Virus record (IMG/VR): IMGVR_UViG_3300045115_000228
Direction: 5' to 3' (one strand)
DNA: 20,000 nt
Source: an uncultured virus (IMG/VR IMGVR_UViG_3300045115_000228)
Taxonomy: Duplodnaviria > Heunggongvirae > Uroviricota > Caudoviricetes
The notes below the pieces were generated by a model that searched no databases, was not told the origin of the DNA, and saw only the letters and a list, made by a program, of their open reading frames with translations. Below are positions 1-8,806 of this stretch, piece by piece (position 1 is the stretch's first letter; each line of letters starts with the position of its first letter). A program made the translations under genes and the position numbers.

Positions 1-2
1 GC

Positions 3-3000
3 GTGTTCCTCGGGGCCGACTCCAGCGCGCGCGCGAGGCTGCTGCACTTCGAGAACGAGCACGGCGAGTCGAGGTGGATCCCGGCGTCCCACATCAGGCG
101 GATATGGGCCGACAGGACGAGGTTCAGGGTCCAGGTGCTGAACGGCGGAGGCGACTGGGAAGACCATGCCGTGCAGCCGTGGTTCGAGCGGAGGTATCCG
201 ACGGCGGGGGCGGCGCAAAGGGCGATCTCGCGCTATGTCGAGGCCTACCGCAACAGCCACCGGGCCGATCCGGGCGTCACGATGCGCGTCATCGACGAGG
301 AGGGGCACGAGTCGCCATCCCCGTTCGGAAGGTTCGTGGTCGAGGTGTTCCAGGGCCTGGGGGCGGGATGGGCGACCGTGCCGTGGCTGACCGGCAGAGG
401 CGGCGAGCTGGGGTTCTCGACGCGCCAGGCAGGCGAGCAGGCCCTGTCCGACCGCCTGGCGGCCAACCCCGAGACGTCGGACGAGCCAGGGAACTACCGC
501 GTCGTGGACAGGAGCCTGATCCGGAGGACGGCGTCCGCGGGAGGGGTGGGGAAGAGGGCCCAGTTCGACGACGACGGATCCTTCGAGATCGCCTTCCACG
601 AGCTCGGCCCCGATCGGAAGCCTGGCCAAAGGACGTGGGTCTTCGCCGTCGGCCCCAACGGGCGCAACGTCTACTTCAACGACAAGGACGAGTGGGACAG
701 GACACGCAACCCGCCCGAGAAGTCCGGCAACGACGACGAACTCATCGACAGGGTCAAGTGGCTGACGGGGACGGCCGACGACGGGGCGATGGGCGTGTTC
801 GAGCTCGACCCCGGCCAGATCGAGAAGGTCAGGGCCGACCCCTCGTTCGTCGAGGACGGCGACTTCAAGGCGTGGTGCATGAACGCGTTCCCCCACTTCA
901 GGAACGTGGAGGAGTTGACCCTGCTCAGGAAGAGCGGCGACGCGTGGGACTCCATCGGCAGGTTCAGCACGATGGACTCCCTGTGCAGGATCGTGGAAGA
1001 CCAGGTGGCGCGCGGAGGGGACTTCTTCGACTACGGCGCCAGCAGCTCCGTGACCGGCGGCGTCCAGTTGTTCATGATCCAGAAGCAGGTCAACGGGAGA
1101 TGGGGCCACCCGAGGGCTGGCCGCAGGGTCGTCTTCGACGACTACGACGCCGCGACCGCCGCCCTGGGCAGCCCGGGGGAGTTCCCTTCCGACAGCGGGG
1201 ACTACAGGATCGTCGGCAACTGCTCCGACAACCCCGACAACCTCCGCGGGCGCTTCGTCGTCCAGCGCAGGACGAGCCGTGGCTGGCATGCGCCGTACTG
1301 GGACGGGGCCGTGTCGTTCGACGACCCCAGGATCGCATGGCGCGACGTCCAGTCCTACCTGTTCGACCACCCCTCCGCCAGCCCAGGCGACTTCAGGATG
1401 ATCGACGCCCAAGGGGGCACGGCGTCGCCGGCCGTCCTGCCGATCCCGCCGCCGGACAGGTACAACCTGATGAGGCAGGACGAGGACGGCGAATGGATGA
1501 CATTCGGCCACTACGGGGCGGCCGACGACGCCCGCAGGCGTCTGGCCGAGCTGCGCGCCGGCGACCCGACCAACCGGTACAGGGTCGAGCCGGTCTTCCC
1601 GGAGCCAAGACCCGAACCGAGGACAGAGCGCCAATCTTGGGCGGTCGCGAGGTTTGTCGACGACGGGCCTCGGTGGCAGATCGTGTCGGTGTTCGGCACC
1701 AGCGAGGCCGCCAACCGCGAGGTCGCAAGGCTGCGGCTGGCGGAACCCGAGACCAGATTCGGGGTGATCCACAACGTCGTCGAGGCTTCGGCGTCTGGCA
1801 TGGCGAGGACGGCCCAGTTCGACGACGATGAGGAGGAGTTCCAGATCTCCATGCACGAGCTGGAGCCGCCTCCTCCAAGGCCGCCGATCCAGAAGACCCC
1901 GGTCAGGCAGGTCTTCATGATCGAGGAGAGGGCAAGCGACACCGGCGAATGGTCGCCCATCAGCCTGTCAGGGGAAACCGCTCCGAAGTGGTTCTCGTCC
2001 GTCGAGGACGCCGACGCGTTCCTGAGCGGGTACATCAACAGGCTGCTCGACGAGGACGGGGCCGACCTCGACGCCGCCGACAGGAACAACTACAGGATCG
2101 TCGAAGCCTACGTGGACGAGGAGACTGGCAGGCCCGTCGATATGGCTCCCCAGAGGGAGCCGATCGGCGAGGCGACGCAGGCCGGCGGCGCCCAAGGCGG
2201 CGCCCGGCACATGTACATGATCCAGCACGAGTTCGACTACGGATGGGACTACTTCGGGGACAAGAGCGACGACGGGAGGGAGGAGCCATCCGAGTTCCAC
2301 GCCACCGAGGAAGCCGCCAGGGAAGACCTCGAAGAATTCCTTCAGGAGTCCGCCGCCAACGACATGGAATACTCCCGCGACGAGTTCAGGATCGTCCCGT
2401 GCCGCTTCGCCATCGAGGCCCAGGAGGACAGGCCGGGCAGGCCGGCGGAATGGGGCGACGGGGGATGGGAGGACGAGAACGGCGTCAGGATGACGTTCCC
2501 GACGCCCATGGAGGCCCGCGCCGAGATCGCGAACTTCACGGCCGGCAGCCAGAGGAACCGCAACCCCGCCGCGTTCAGGGTCGTCCCGATCCCGCTCGAA
2601 CGCATCCCGGGGTTCGCACAAGCAAGGCAGGACATCCGTCCCCCGCTGCTCTTCGCCTCCGTGACCGTCGACGAGCCGATGGCGGCGAGCATCCCCCAGT
2701 TGAGGGGCCGGGAGGGGGCATACGTCGTGTTCGTCGTCAGGCGCCCGTACTGGGACGAGCACCACGCCCTTGAGCCGAACGAGGACGAAGAGTGCGTCGA
2801 CGCCGTCATGGACGGGGCCATCGACGCCTTCCCGTTCGACGAGCCCAACGTGTTCGTCACGAGGCTGAACGACGTGCAACGCCTCCGCGACGACCCCAGG
2901 TTCGAGGAGAGCCAGGAGCTCGACACGTTCGTCGAGGCGTACGACCTGCGCTTCGCCGACGACCGAAGCCGGCTGCGCCAGGACAGGAACGGGCGCTGCT

Positions 3001-6000
3001 TCATCGACGACACCCCCATCGTCGTCAACGACAGGTACGCTTGGACGGTCCACCCGAGGTTCGCCGGAGAGGCGAACAGGATCGGGGTGGCCGGCGGGGG
3101 CATCATCGGATCGGGGATCCTGCGGGAGATCGACGTCGAGAGACAGGCCCTCACCTTCAACATATCCGACAACGCCATCGTCGACCGCCGACTGAACGCA
3201 TGGTGGATACAGGGCATCCGCCTGCTCAGGTCCCCCACGCGCGGCCTTGGCAGGGTGCGCAGGGCGCAGTTCGAGGACGACGGATCCTTCGAGATCGCGG
3301 TCCACGAGATGGATCCGACCCCGCCGCCGCGGCGGGAACAGCCGGCCAAGGCGGATTCGCAGGCCACGCCAGGGACCGATCCCGACGCCCCATACCGCAT
3401 CGAGCGGCTGGGAGAGGCGGGCGGTCAGGCCGTCGTCGAGACGGTGTTCGAGGAGACCCCGCTCGGCCCCGGGGGAAGGACGAACAGCTTCGACCACCTC
3501 GCCGACGCCAAGGCAGCCCTGTGGTCCGTCCTCTCGTGCCCCAACCAAGACCCGTCCGGCTACCGCATCGTCAACGGCCGCGGGGAGGCGCTGCCAGACG
3601 CGGAATGGTGGGCCGAGGTCGCAGGCAGGATGGGGTACGTCGTGCAGTACCGCAAGCCCACGGGGGAGTGGGACAGGATCGATCCGCTCGGGAACCCGAC
3701 CTACGAGCTCGCCAGCCAGGCGGCCACGAGGTTCGTCAACGACCACCCCGACGTCGGAGGAGGGGACATCCGGATCGTCCCGACCCACGTCGTCAGGGAC
3801 GACGAGGACGCCCCGGAGGCCCAGGCCGACGCCACATGGGTGTACGAGACGGAGCCCATCGACACGGCCATGCGCTCCGCCCTCGGGATGCCACCCGGAT
3901 CGCTCATGGTCACGTTCAAGAGACGCAGCCTGGCGCAAAGGAACGCCGTCGGCGGGAGGCCGGACAGGGAACTCAACGCGACGCTGTCGGGACTGTCCGT
4001 CGGCAACAGGGTCAGCGGGCCGGGGTCGAACCACATGAGGGCGATGACCCTGACGGACCTCTCGCGCCTGCAGGAGGACCAAAGGTTCGCCGACGCGTCC
4101 GCCCGCTACTACGTCGAGGGGAACATGGCGGGACACGCGGGCGGCGAGGTGTGGAGAAGGCTGGAAGAGCCGCACATGACGTCCTTGGACGCCACGCTCT
4201 ACGCCGCGACCCAAGTGGCGAGCCACGGGCACCTCCACGACGGCCGCCCGCAAGGGATCCGCGAGTACAGGGTCGTGAGTGGGTCGGGCGAGGAGTTCGA
4301 CACGTCGGGCTCGTTCGTCGTCGTGGACAGGACGCCGTCCTACCCCGACGAGGCCCGCTTCGTCGTCTCCAGGGAACCGAGCGGAAGGATGGCCCCGCTG
4401 CGCAGGACGTTCTCCAGCGCCGAGGAGGCGGCCGACGCCGCCGTCGGCTGGTGCATCGACAACTCGTACCCTGTCCACGCCATCGAGGTCGTCGACATGG
4501 GCGCCCAGCGGGCGATCCCCCTGGCGCGGCTCGCGGCAGGAAGGCGCGCGCCCGGATCGGGCGAGGACGAGATCGTCGCCGGCGGCACGACGCTGCGCGT
4601 CGGGCAGGCCTATGCGTTCGTGTACGCCCCCGGGGCCGCCGACCGCCGCTCCGCGCTCCCCGGCAGGGCCATCCTCGCCGGCATAGAGCCGTCGGCCGGG
4701 GGCGGGGCCACGCTGGTGCTGCAGAACTTCGACGAGGACGAGGACGAGGACATCCGCGTCGGATCACAGTGGATAGCCGCCGCATCCCCCCTCGACGTCC
4801 CCGAAGAGCAGGTGGACGTGGTGGAAACCGACGGCTCCGTCGCGGGCGCCCCCGCCGCATGGGCGAACAACCCCTACGCGACCCGCGCCGGGGCCAGGGC
4901 CGCCATAAACGACCGCCACGACCAGACCAACGACGAGAACGCCTACGCCATCGTGGGCCACACGTCCAGGACGCTGCTTGAGGTGATCAGGGTTCCGCGG
5001 TGGTCAATGGAAGGCATCATCCCGGCCACGTCGATAACGAGGGCGATAGCGGGGAGGATGTCCCGCATCCTGCGCTCGATGGGCTATGCCTCAAGGGGGG
5101 CCGACGACGTGCTTGAGGCGCTGCGCGGGCGCCCGAACGGCGGACGGCCGATGCTCGACGACGGCAGGCTGTGGCACCCCGACTGGGTCAGGGCGTACGA
5201 GCAGGCCGTGACGCGCCGCAGGGCGTCCACGAGGATCGCCCAGATCGACGACGAGGGAGCGTTCGAGATCGCCGTCCACGAGACGGAGCCGCAGGAGCGG
5301 GGGACCGCGGCCGAGCCGGCGGGGCAAGCCAAGGCGTGGCCGCCCCTGTACGACCCCGACGCGGAGGGGATCGACGAGGACGCCGCGAGGAAAATCTTCG
5401 AGGGGCACGGGTTCGCCCTGCTGGACGTGCGCCAGCCGTACCAGTCGGACGCCCACGTCGCCGCCTTCGACATCGAGTCCATGAACCTCGACGGGATCGC
5501 CGAGCCGGAGGAGCTCGTCGCCGTCAAGCGGGTCCTGCAGGCCGACGGTCACGCGACGGACGTCAGGATCGATTCGACCGGCCCGTCCGCCATCGTCACG
5601 TTCGACGTCCCCGTCTTCTACGTGCGACGCCCGTTCTTCGGCGGCTCGGCGCGCCCGGCCGCCAAGACCGCCCAGTTCGAGGAGGACGAATACTTCGACG
5701 TCAGCTTCCTCGGGGAGGCGGCGCAGGAGGCCCACGAGAGGGACATGATAGCCGGCCAGGAGTGGTTCGCGATCCAGTACAGGACGACCTACGGATGGCT
5801 CGTGCCGAAGTGGGACCAGCCGTGGGCCGGGGGGAAGACCTGGGGCCCGACGGCCTACCCGACCGAGGACAAGGCAAGGGATGCGATCAGGAACTACGTG
5901 TCCGGCAACGCCAGCAACTTCAACCCTCCCCTCACGACCAACAGCTTCCGCGTGGTCAGCAACAAGCGGGGCGTGATCCCCGTCCCCCGCTTCAGGGCCT

Positions 6001-8762
6001 ACTACGCCAACGACGACGGGCGCAGGATGCCGTTCTCCGGCGAGCTGGCGCACCAGTTCGGAAGCGAGGCCGAGGTGAGGGAGGCCATCGAGAGACACGT
6101 CAAGGAGCACAGGACGACGGCCAGGAAGGCGCGGTACGTCGTCGTCGACGAGTCGACGGGGGACGACGGGGCGCCCGTCGTCGACGGCAGCGACGGGAAG
6201 CCTGAGCGCTTCTTCGTGCAGCACGGCAAGAGGGAGAAGGACTACGCCTTCCTCGCCGGGGGCGACGGCAAGCCGAGGGAGTTCGGGTCGGCGGACGAGG
6301 CGTTCCGCGAGGCCACGAGGATCGTCGCGAGGAACGCGCCCCCGCACAAGGTCAGGGTGATCAGCAGCCACTCCGGCGTCGTCGACCCGAGGCCCCAAGT
6401 GCCCGGATCCGGCGAGCCGAGGCTGCCGGACGGCCAGTTCCAGGAGCCGTACGCCATCGAGCAGTGGGACGCCCCCTCGTCGTCGTGGACGACCATATCG
6501 CACCGCGGCTACGAGCGCGCGGACGAGGCGTGGGCCGCCGCGGCGAACATATCGAGGACGACCAACGGCCCGTCCCCCTCCGGTCTGCGCGTCAGGGACT
6601 CCGCCGGCCGCATCCTGCCCCGCCCGCCCTTCTTCGGCGAGCAGGACCCTCCGAACGTCCGCAACCCCTGGAGGATCGAGTACAGGATGACGGGCGCGTC
6701 CCCAAGCTCCCCATGGAACCACCACGCGTCCTACGCCACGCGGGAGGAGGCCCAAGGCGTTCTGGACGAGATCGGCGACACCCTCGCGAGGGTCACCACC
6801 ATGGACGTCAGGATCGTCAACGTCGACTCCGGACAGCCGAGGGTCGTCGTCCAGAGGACAACGCCGACGCCAGGCGCGGGATCGGGCGGGAACTACTACC
6901 CGCAGGCGCTCGACCCCGAGGCCGGAGGATGGGTGCTGCTGGACGGGCAGTCCAACGCCACATTCGCCACGCCCGAGGAGGCGTGGTCGTCCGCCCGGCA
7001 GTGGATGAACGCGGGCCACATGCTCCCCGCCCCAGACGCCTCAAGGATCAGGGTCGTCGGGCCTGACGGGCGCCCCGTGCGGAGGGCGCCATTCTGGGGG
7101 AGCGAGGCGGTGCCCATCTCCGAGTGCGAACAGTGCGGGGCGTTCCACGAGCTCGACTTCGCGGACGACTGCCGCGACAACAACCACAGGTTCTCCGACG
7201 CCGAGGACGCATCCCGCAGGCTCGGCAGGCCCGCGGTCGAGGTGTACCCGCCGGAAGAGGAAGATCCGGAAGAGGAGGGGCAAGACGACAGGGACGTGTC
7301 ACCCGTCGCGCTCACGCTCAACATCCCCTACGCTCTGACGTTCACGAACGACGTGGACATGAGACCAACGACGGCCACGCTCCGCATGGTGCAGGGTTCG
7401 CTCGATGGCAACAGTCATGTGCTCACATTCGAAAACCCGCGCGGAAACCGCTTCAGCATCGATTGGAGGAACGTGTCGTCCTGCGTCAGCGTCATGGAAA
7501 GGCTGGAATACCTGCGCGGCGAGATCGATGCCGAGCGGATCAGCCAGGAGGAGATCGCCGAACTGCAGGGTCTCGCGGAGTTCATCGAGCCGGGCGACGT
7601 GACCCTGCTCCAGTGGGCCGGGGTCCCGGAGGAAGGACAGGCGGAGCCGCAGCCCCCCTTCTTCCCCCAGACCAACGTCCAGGGGCAATGGCGCCCGATC
7701 AGGCGCCTCGTCCCAGGGGGAGCGCGGTCGGACGAGTTCCCGACCGCGGACGAGGCCTGGGGGACGGCGGACGAACACGCCAGGAGGAACGGCCTGATGC
7801 CCGTGATGGTCAGGGTCGTCGATTCCGCCGGCAACGACGTCCCGAGGCCAAGCCAGGCGGACGAGTCGAGGGAAGGGCCAACGGTCGCCGGAGTCAGGCT
7901 CGTCAGGGACGAGGTCTACGACGTGACCTACGGGCCCAACAACGAGTCCATCGACGGGGTGTTCGTCGGTGTCGACCCGCCCTCGGCATGGCTCGTCTTC
8001 CGATCCCCTCCGTCGTCGGAGAGGACGATCGCCATCGACCCCAACGAGGTGGTCTCCGTCCGCCGGGACGCCCCTCCTCGGCGCAACAGGAGGGGGCGGG
8101 GTCTCACGGTGGGGCAGCGCGAGAGGCTGATCCGGGGCTTCGCCGAGTGGAGCGGAGGGACGACCCCCGACAGGGCCAACAGGGAGGACGTGGCGTCGTA
8201 CGTCCAGTCGTCGCTCCCCGACGACGCCCCCGCCGGGGCCGCCGAATGGCTCCTGTCGATCGCCGGCACCGGCCCGCAGAACGATCCGGCGACGGAGAAC
8301 ACCAGGCCGCCGCCGGAGTCGTTCGTCAACGGCCAGACCTACTCGTGGACGTCCACGACCAACGCCAACCACCCGACCCACGGATCCTACATCCAAAGGG
8401 GCGTCACCGGAAGGGGAGAACCCGTCCTCCTGTTCGAGGACGCCCAGGGCGACCAGTTCGACGTCAGGTGGGACGCGATGACGACGGTCAACATCGAGGG
8501 CGGCCAGGACGCCGGGGCCCTGTACCTCAAGTTCACCGAGACCCCAGAGGGGATGCAGGCGATCACGGCGGCCCAGTCCATCCTTGAGGACGCCGACTCC
8601 GGCGTCGACCAGCAGCAGGCGGTCGATTCCGCCATGGAGCACGCCGAGAGGTGGTACCGGGACCTGCACGAGGGGTTCGCCGGATCGTGGGAGGACGACT
8701 GGGGGGAAGTCAGCGAAGCCTTCGCCGACGAGGTGAGGAACGCCATCGCCTTGAGCCGTTGA
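3..8762 (+). CDS. Giant multidomain repeat protein (putative phage polyvalent protein/polyprotein), 5'-truncated at window edge
   Basis: Uninterrupted 2919-codon frame with G/C-ending codons and normal globular amino-acid composition, unlike the Arg/Pro/Gly-rich alternative frames. About 22 copies of a ~50-65 aa module, about 6 copies of a beta-rich module and 5 copies of a [KR]xAQ[FI][DE][DE] motif. The frame begins mid-domain at the window edge, so the true start lies upstream. Confidence is for coding status; function unknown. Confidence 0.93.
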   Translation: MFLGADSSARARLLHFENEHGESRWIPASHIRRIWADRTRFRVQVLNGGGDWEDHAVQPWFERRYPTAGAAQRAISRYVEAYRNSHRADPGVTMRVIDEEGHESPSPFGRFVVEVFQGLGAGWATVPWLTGRGGELGFSTRQAGEQALSDRLAANPETSDEPGNYRVVDRSLIRRTASAGGVGKRAQFDDDGSFEIAFHELGPDRKPGQRTWVFAVGPNGRNVYFNDKDEWDRTRNPPEKSGNDDELIDRVKWLTGTADDGAMGVFELDPGQIEKVRADPSFVEDGDFKAWCMNAFPHFRNVEELTLLRKSGDAWDSIGRFSTMDSLCRIVEDQVARGGDFFDYGASSSVTGGVQLFMIQKQVNGRWGHPRAGRRVVFDDYDAATAALGSPGEFPSDSGDYRIVGNCSDNPDNLRGRFVVQRRTSRGWHAPYWDGAVSFDDPRIAWRDVQSYLFDHPSASPGDFRMIDAQGGTASPAVLPIPPPDRYNLMRQDEDGEWMTFGHYGAADDARRRLAELRAGDPTNRYRVEPVFPEPRPEPRTERQSWAVARFVDDGPRWQIVSVFGTSEAANREVARLRLAEPETRFGVIHNVVEASASGMARTAQFDDDEEEFQISMHELEPPPPRPPIQKTPVRQVFMIEERASDTGEWSPISLSGETAPKWFSSVEDADAFLSGYINRLLDEDGADLDAADRNNYRIVEAYVDEETGRPVDMAPQREPIGEATQAGGAQGGARHMYMIQHEFDYGWDYFGDKSDDGREEPSEFHATEEAAREDLEEFLQESAANDMEYSRDEFRIVPCRFAIEAQEDRPGRPAEWGDGGWEDENGVRMTFPTPMEARAEIANFTAGSQRNRNPAAFRVVPIPLERIPGFAQARQDIRPPLLFASVTVDEPMAASIPQLRGREGAYVVFVVRRPYWDEHHALEPNEDEECVDAVMDGAIDAFPFDEPNVFVTRLNDVQRLRDDPRFEESQELDTFVEAYDLRFADDRSRLRQDRNGRCFIDDTPIVVNDRYAWTVHPRFAGEANRIGVAGGGIIGSGILREIDVERQALTFNISDNAIVDRRLNAWWIQGIRLLRSPTRGLGRVRRAQFEDDGSFEIAVHEMDPTPPPRREQPAKADSQATPGTDPDAPYRIERLGEAGGQAVVETVFEETPLGPGGRTNSFDHLADAKAALWSVLSCPNQDPSGYRIVNGRGEALPDAEWWAEVAGRMGYVVQYRKPTGEWDRIDPLGNPTYELASQAATRFVNDHPDVGGGDIRIVPTHVVRDDEDAPEAQADATWVYETEPIDTAMRSALGMPPGSLMVTFKRRSLAQRNAVGGRPDRELNATLSGLSVGNRVSGPGSNHMRAMTLTDLSRLQEDQRFADASARYYVEGNMAGHAGGEVWRRLEEPHMTSLDATLYAATQVASHGHLHDGRPQGIREYRVVSGSGEEFDTSGSFVVVDRTPSYPDEARFVVSREPSGRMAPLRRTFSSAEEAADAAVGWCIDNSYPVHAIEVVDMGAQRAIPLARLAAGRRAPGSGEDEIVAGGTTLRVGQAYAFVYAPGAADRRSALPGRAILAGIEPSAGGGATLVLQNFDEDEDEDIRVGSQWIAAASPLDVPEEQVDVVETDGSVAGAPAAWANNPYATRAGARAAINDRHDQTNDENAYAIVGHTSRTLLEVIRVPRWSMEGIIPATSITRAIAGRMSRILRSMGYASRGADDVLEALRGRPNGGRPMLDDGRLWHPDWVRAYEQAVTRRRASTRIAQIDDEGAFEIAVHETEPQERGTAAEPAGQAKAWPPLYDPDAEGIDEDAARKIFEGHGFALLDVRQPYQSDAHVAAFDIESMNLDGIAEPEELVAVKRVLQADGHATDVRIDSTGPSAIVTFDVPVFYVRRPFFGGSARPAAKTAQFEEDEYFDVSFLGEAAQEAHERDMIAGQEWFAIQYRTTYGWLVPKWDQPWAGGKTWGPTAYPTEDKARDAIRNYVSGNASNFNPPLTTNSFRVVSNKRGVIPVPRFRAYYANDDGRRMPFSGELAHQFGSEAEVREAIERHVKEHRTTARKARYVVVDESTGDDGAPVVDGSDGKPERFFVQHGKREKDYAFLAGGDGKPREFGSADEAFREATRIVARNAPPHKVRVISSHSGVVDPRPQVPGSGEPRLPDGQFQEPYAIEQWDAPSSSWTTISHRGYERADEAWAAAANISRTTNGPSPSGLRVRDSAGRILPRPPFFGEQDPPNVRNPWRIEYRMTGASPSSPWNHHASYATREEAQGVLDEIGDTLARVTTMDVRIVNVDSGQPRVVVQRTTPTPGAGSGGNYYPQALDPEAGGWVLLDGQSNATFATPEEAWSSARQWMNAGHMLPAPDASRIRVVGPDGRPVRRAPFWGSEAVPISECEQCGAFHELDFADDCRDNNHRFSDAEDASRRLGRPAVEVYPPEEEDPEEEGQDDRDVSPVALTLNIPYALTFTNDVDMRPTTATLRMVQGSLDGNSHVLTFENPRGNRFSIDWRNVSSCVSVMERLEYLRGEIDAERISQEEIAELQGLAEFIEPGDVTLLQWAGVPEEGQAEPQPPFFPQTNVQGQWRPIRRLVPGGARSDEFPTADEAWGTADEHARRNGLMPVMVRVVDSAGNDVPRPSQADESREGPTVAGVRLVRDEVYDVTYGPNNESIDGVFVGVDPPSAWLVFRSPPSSERTIAIDPNEVVSVRRDAPPRRNRRGRGLTVGQRERLIRGFAEWSGGTTPDRANREDVASYVQSSLPDDAPAGAAEWLLSIAGTGPQNDPATENTRPPPESFVNGQTYSWTSTTNANHPTHGSYIQRGVTGRGEPVLLFEDAQGDQFDVRWDAMTTVNIEGGQDAGALYLKFTETPEGMQAITAAQSILEDADSGVDQQQAVDSAMEHAERWYRDLHEGFAGSWEDDWGEVSEAFADEVRNAIALSR

Positions 8763-8787
8763 CCCCCGGCCAAGGAGGACCTATAAT
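8759..8787 (+). promoter_or_regulatory. Sigma70-type promoter TTGACC-N17-TATAAT
   Basis: TTGACC 8759-8764 (contains the TGA stop of the giant ORF), 17-bp spacer, perfect TATAAT 8782-8787; GGAGG at 8796-8800 and ATG at 8807 downstream. Confidence 0.8.
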
Positions 8788-8806
8788 GGACGACCGGAGG
8801 AGCCAG

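Noticed and set aside
552..5708. AQF-tag repeats as DGR template/variable repeats or intein/intron boundaries
   Set aside because: The repeats are only ~42 bp, differences are not adenine-specific, no reverse transcriptase is present, and there are no intein C/S...HN motifs.
74..8669. Long alternative-frame ORFs inside the giant gene (74..1831, 1968..4478, 2792..4981, 5091..7019, 7124..8587, 7299..8669)
   Set aside because: Arg/Gly/Pro-rich or Val/Leu-rich antisense shadows expected from high GC3 codon bias; no RBS or motifs.
8771..8788. ATG 8786 with AGGAGG as start of the lipoprotein gene
   Set aside because: It overlaps the -10 box of the predicted promoter, so ATG 8807 with its own GGAGG is preferred; it could still be used on read-through mRNA.
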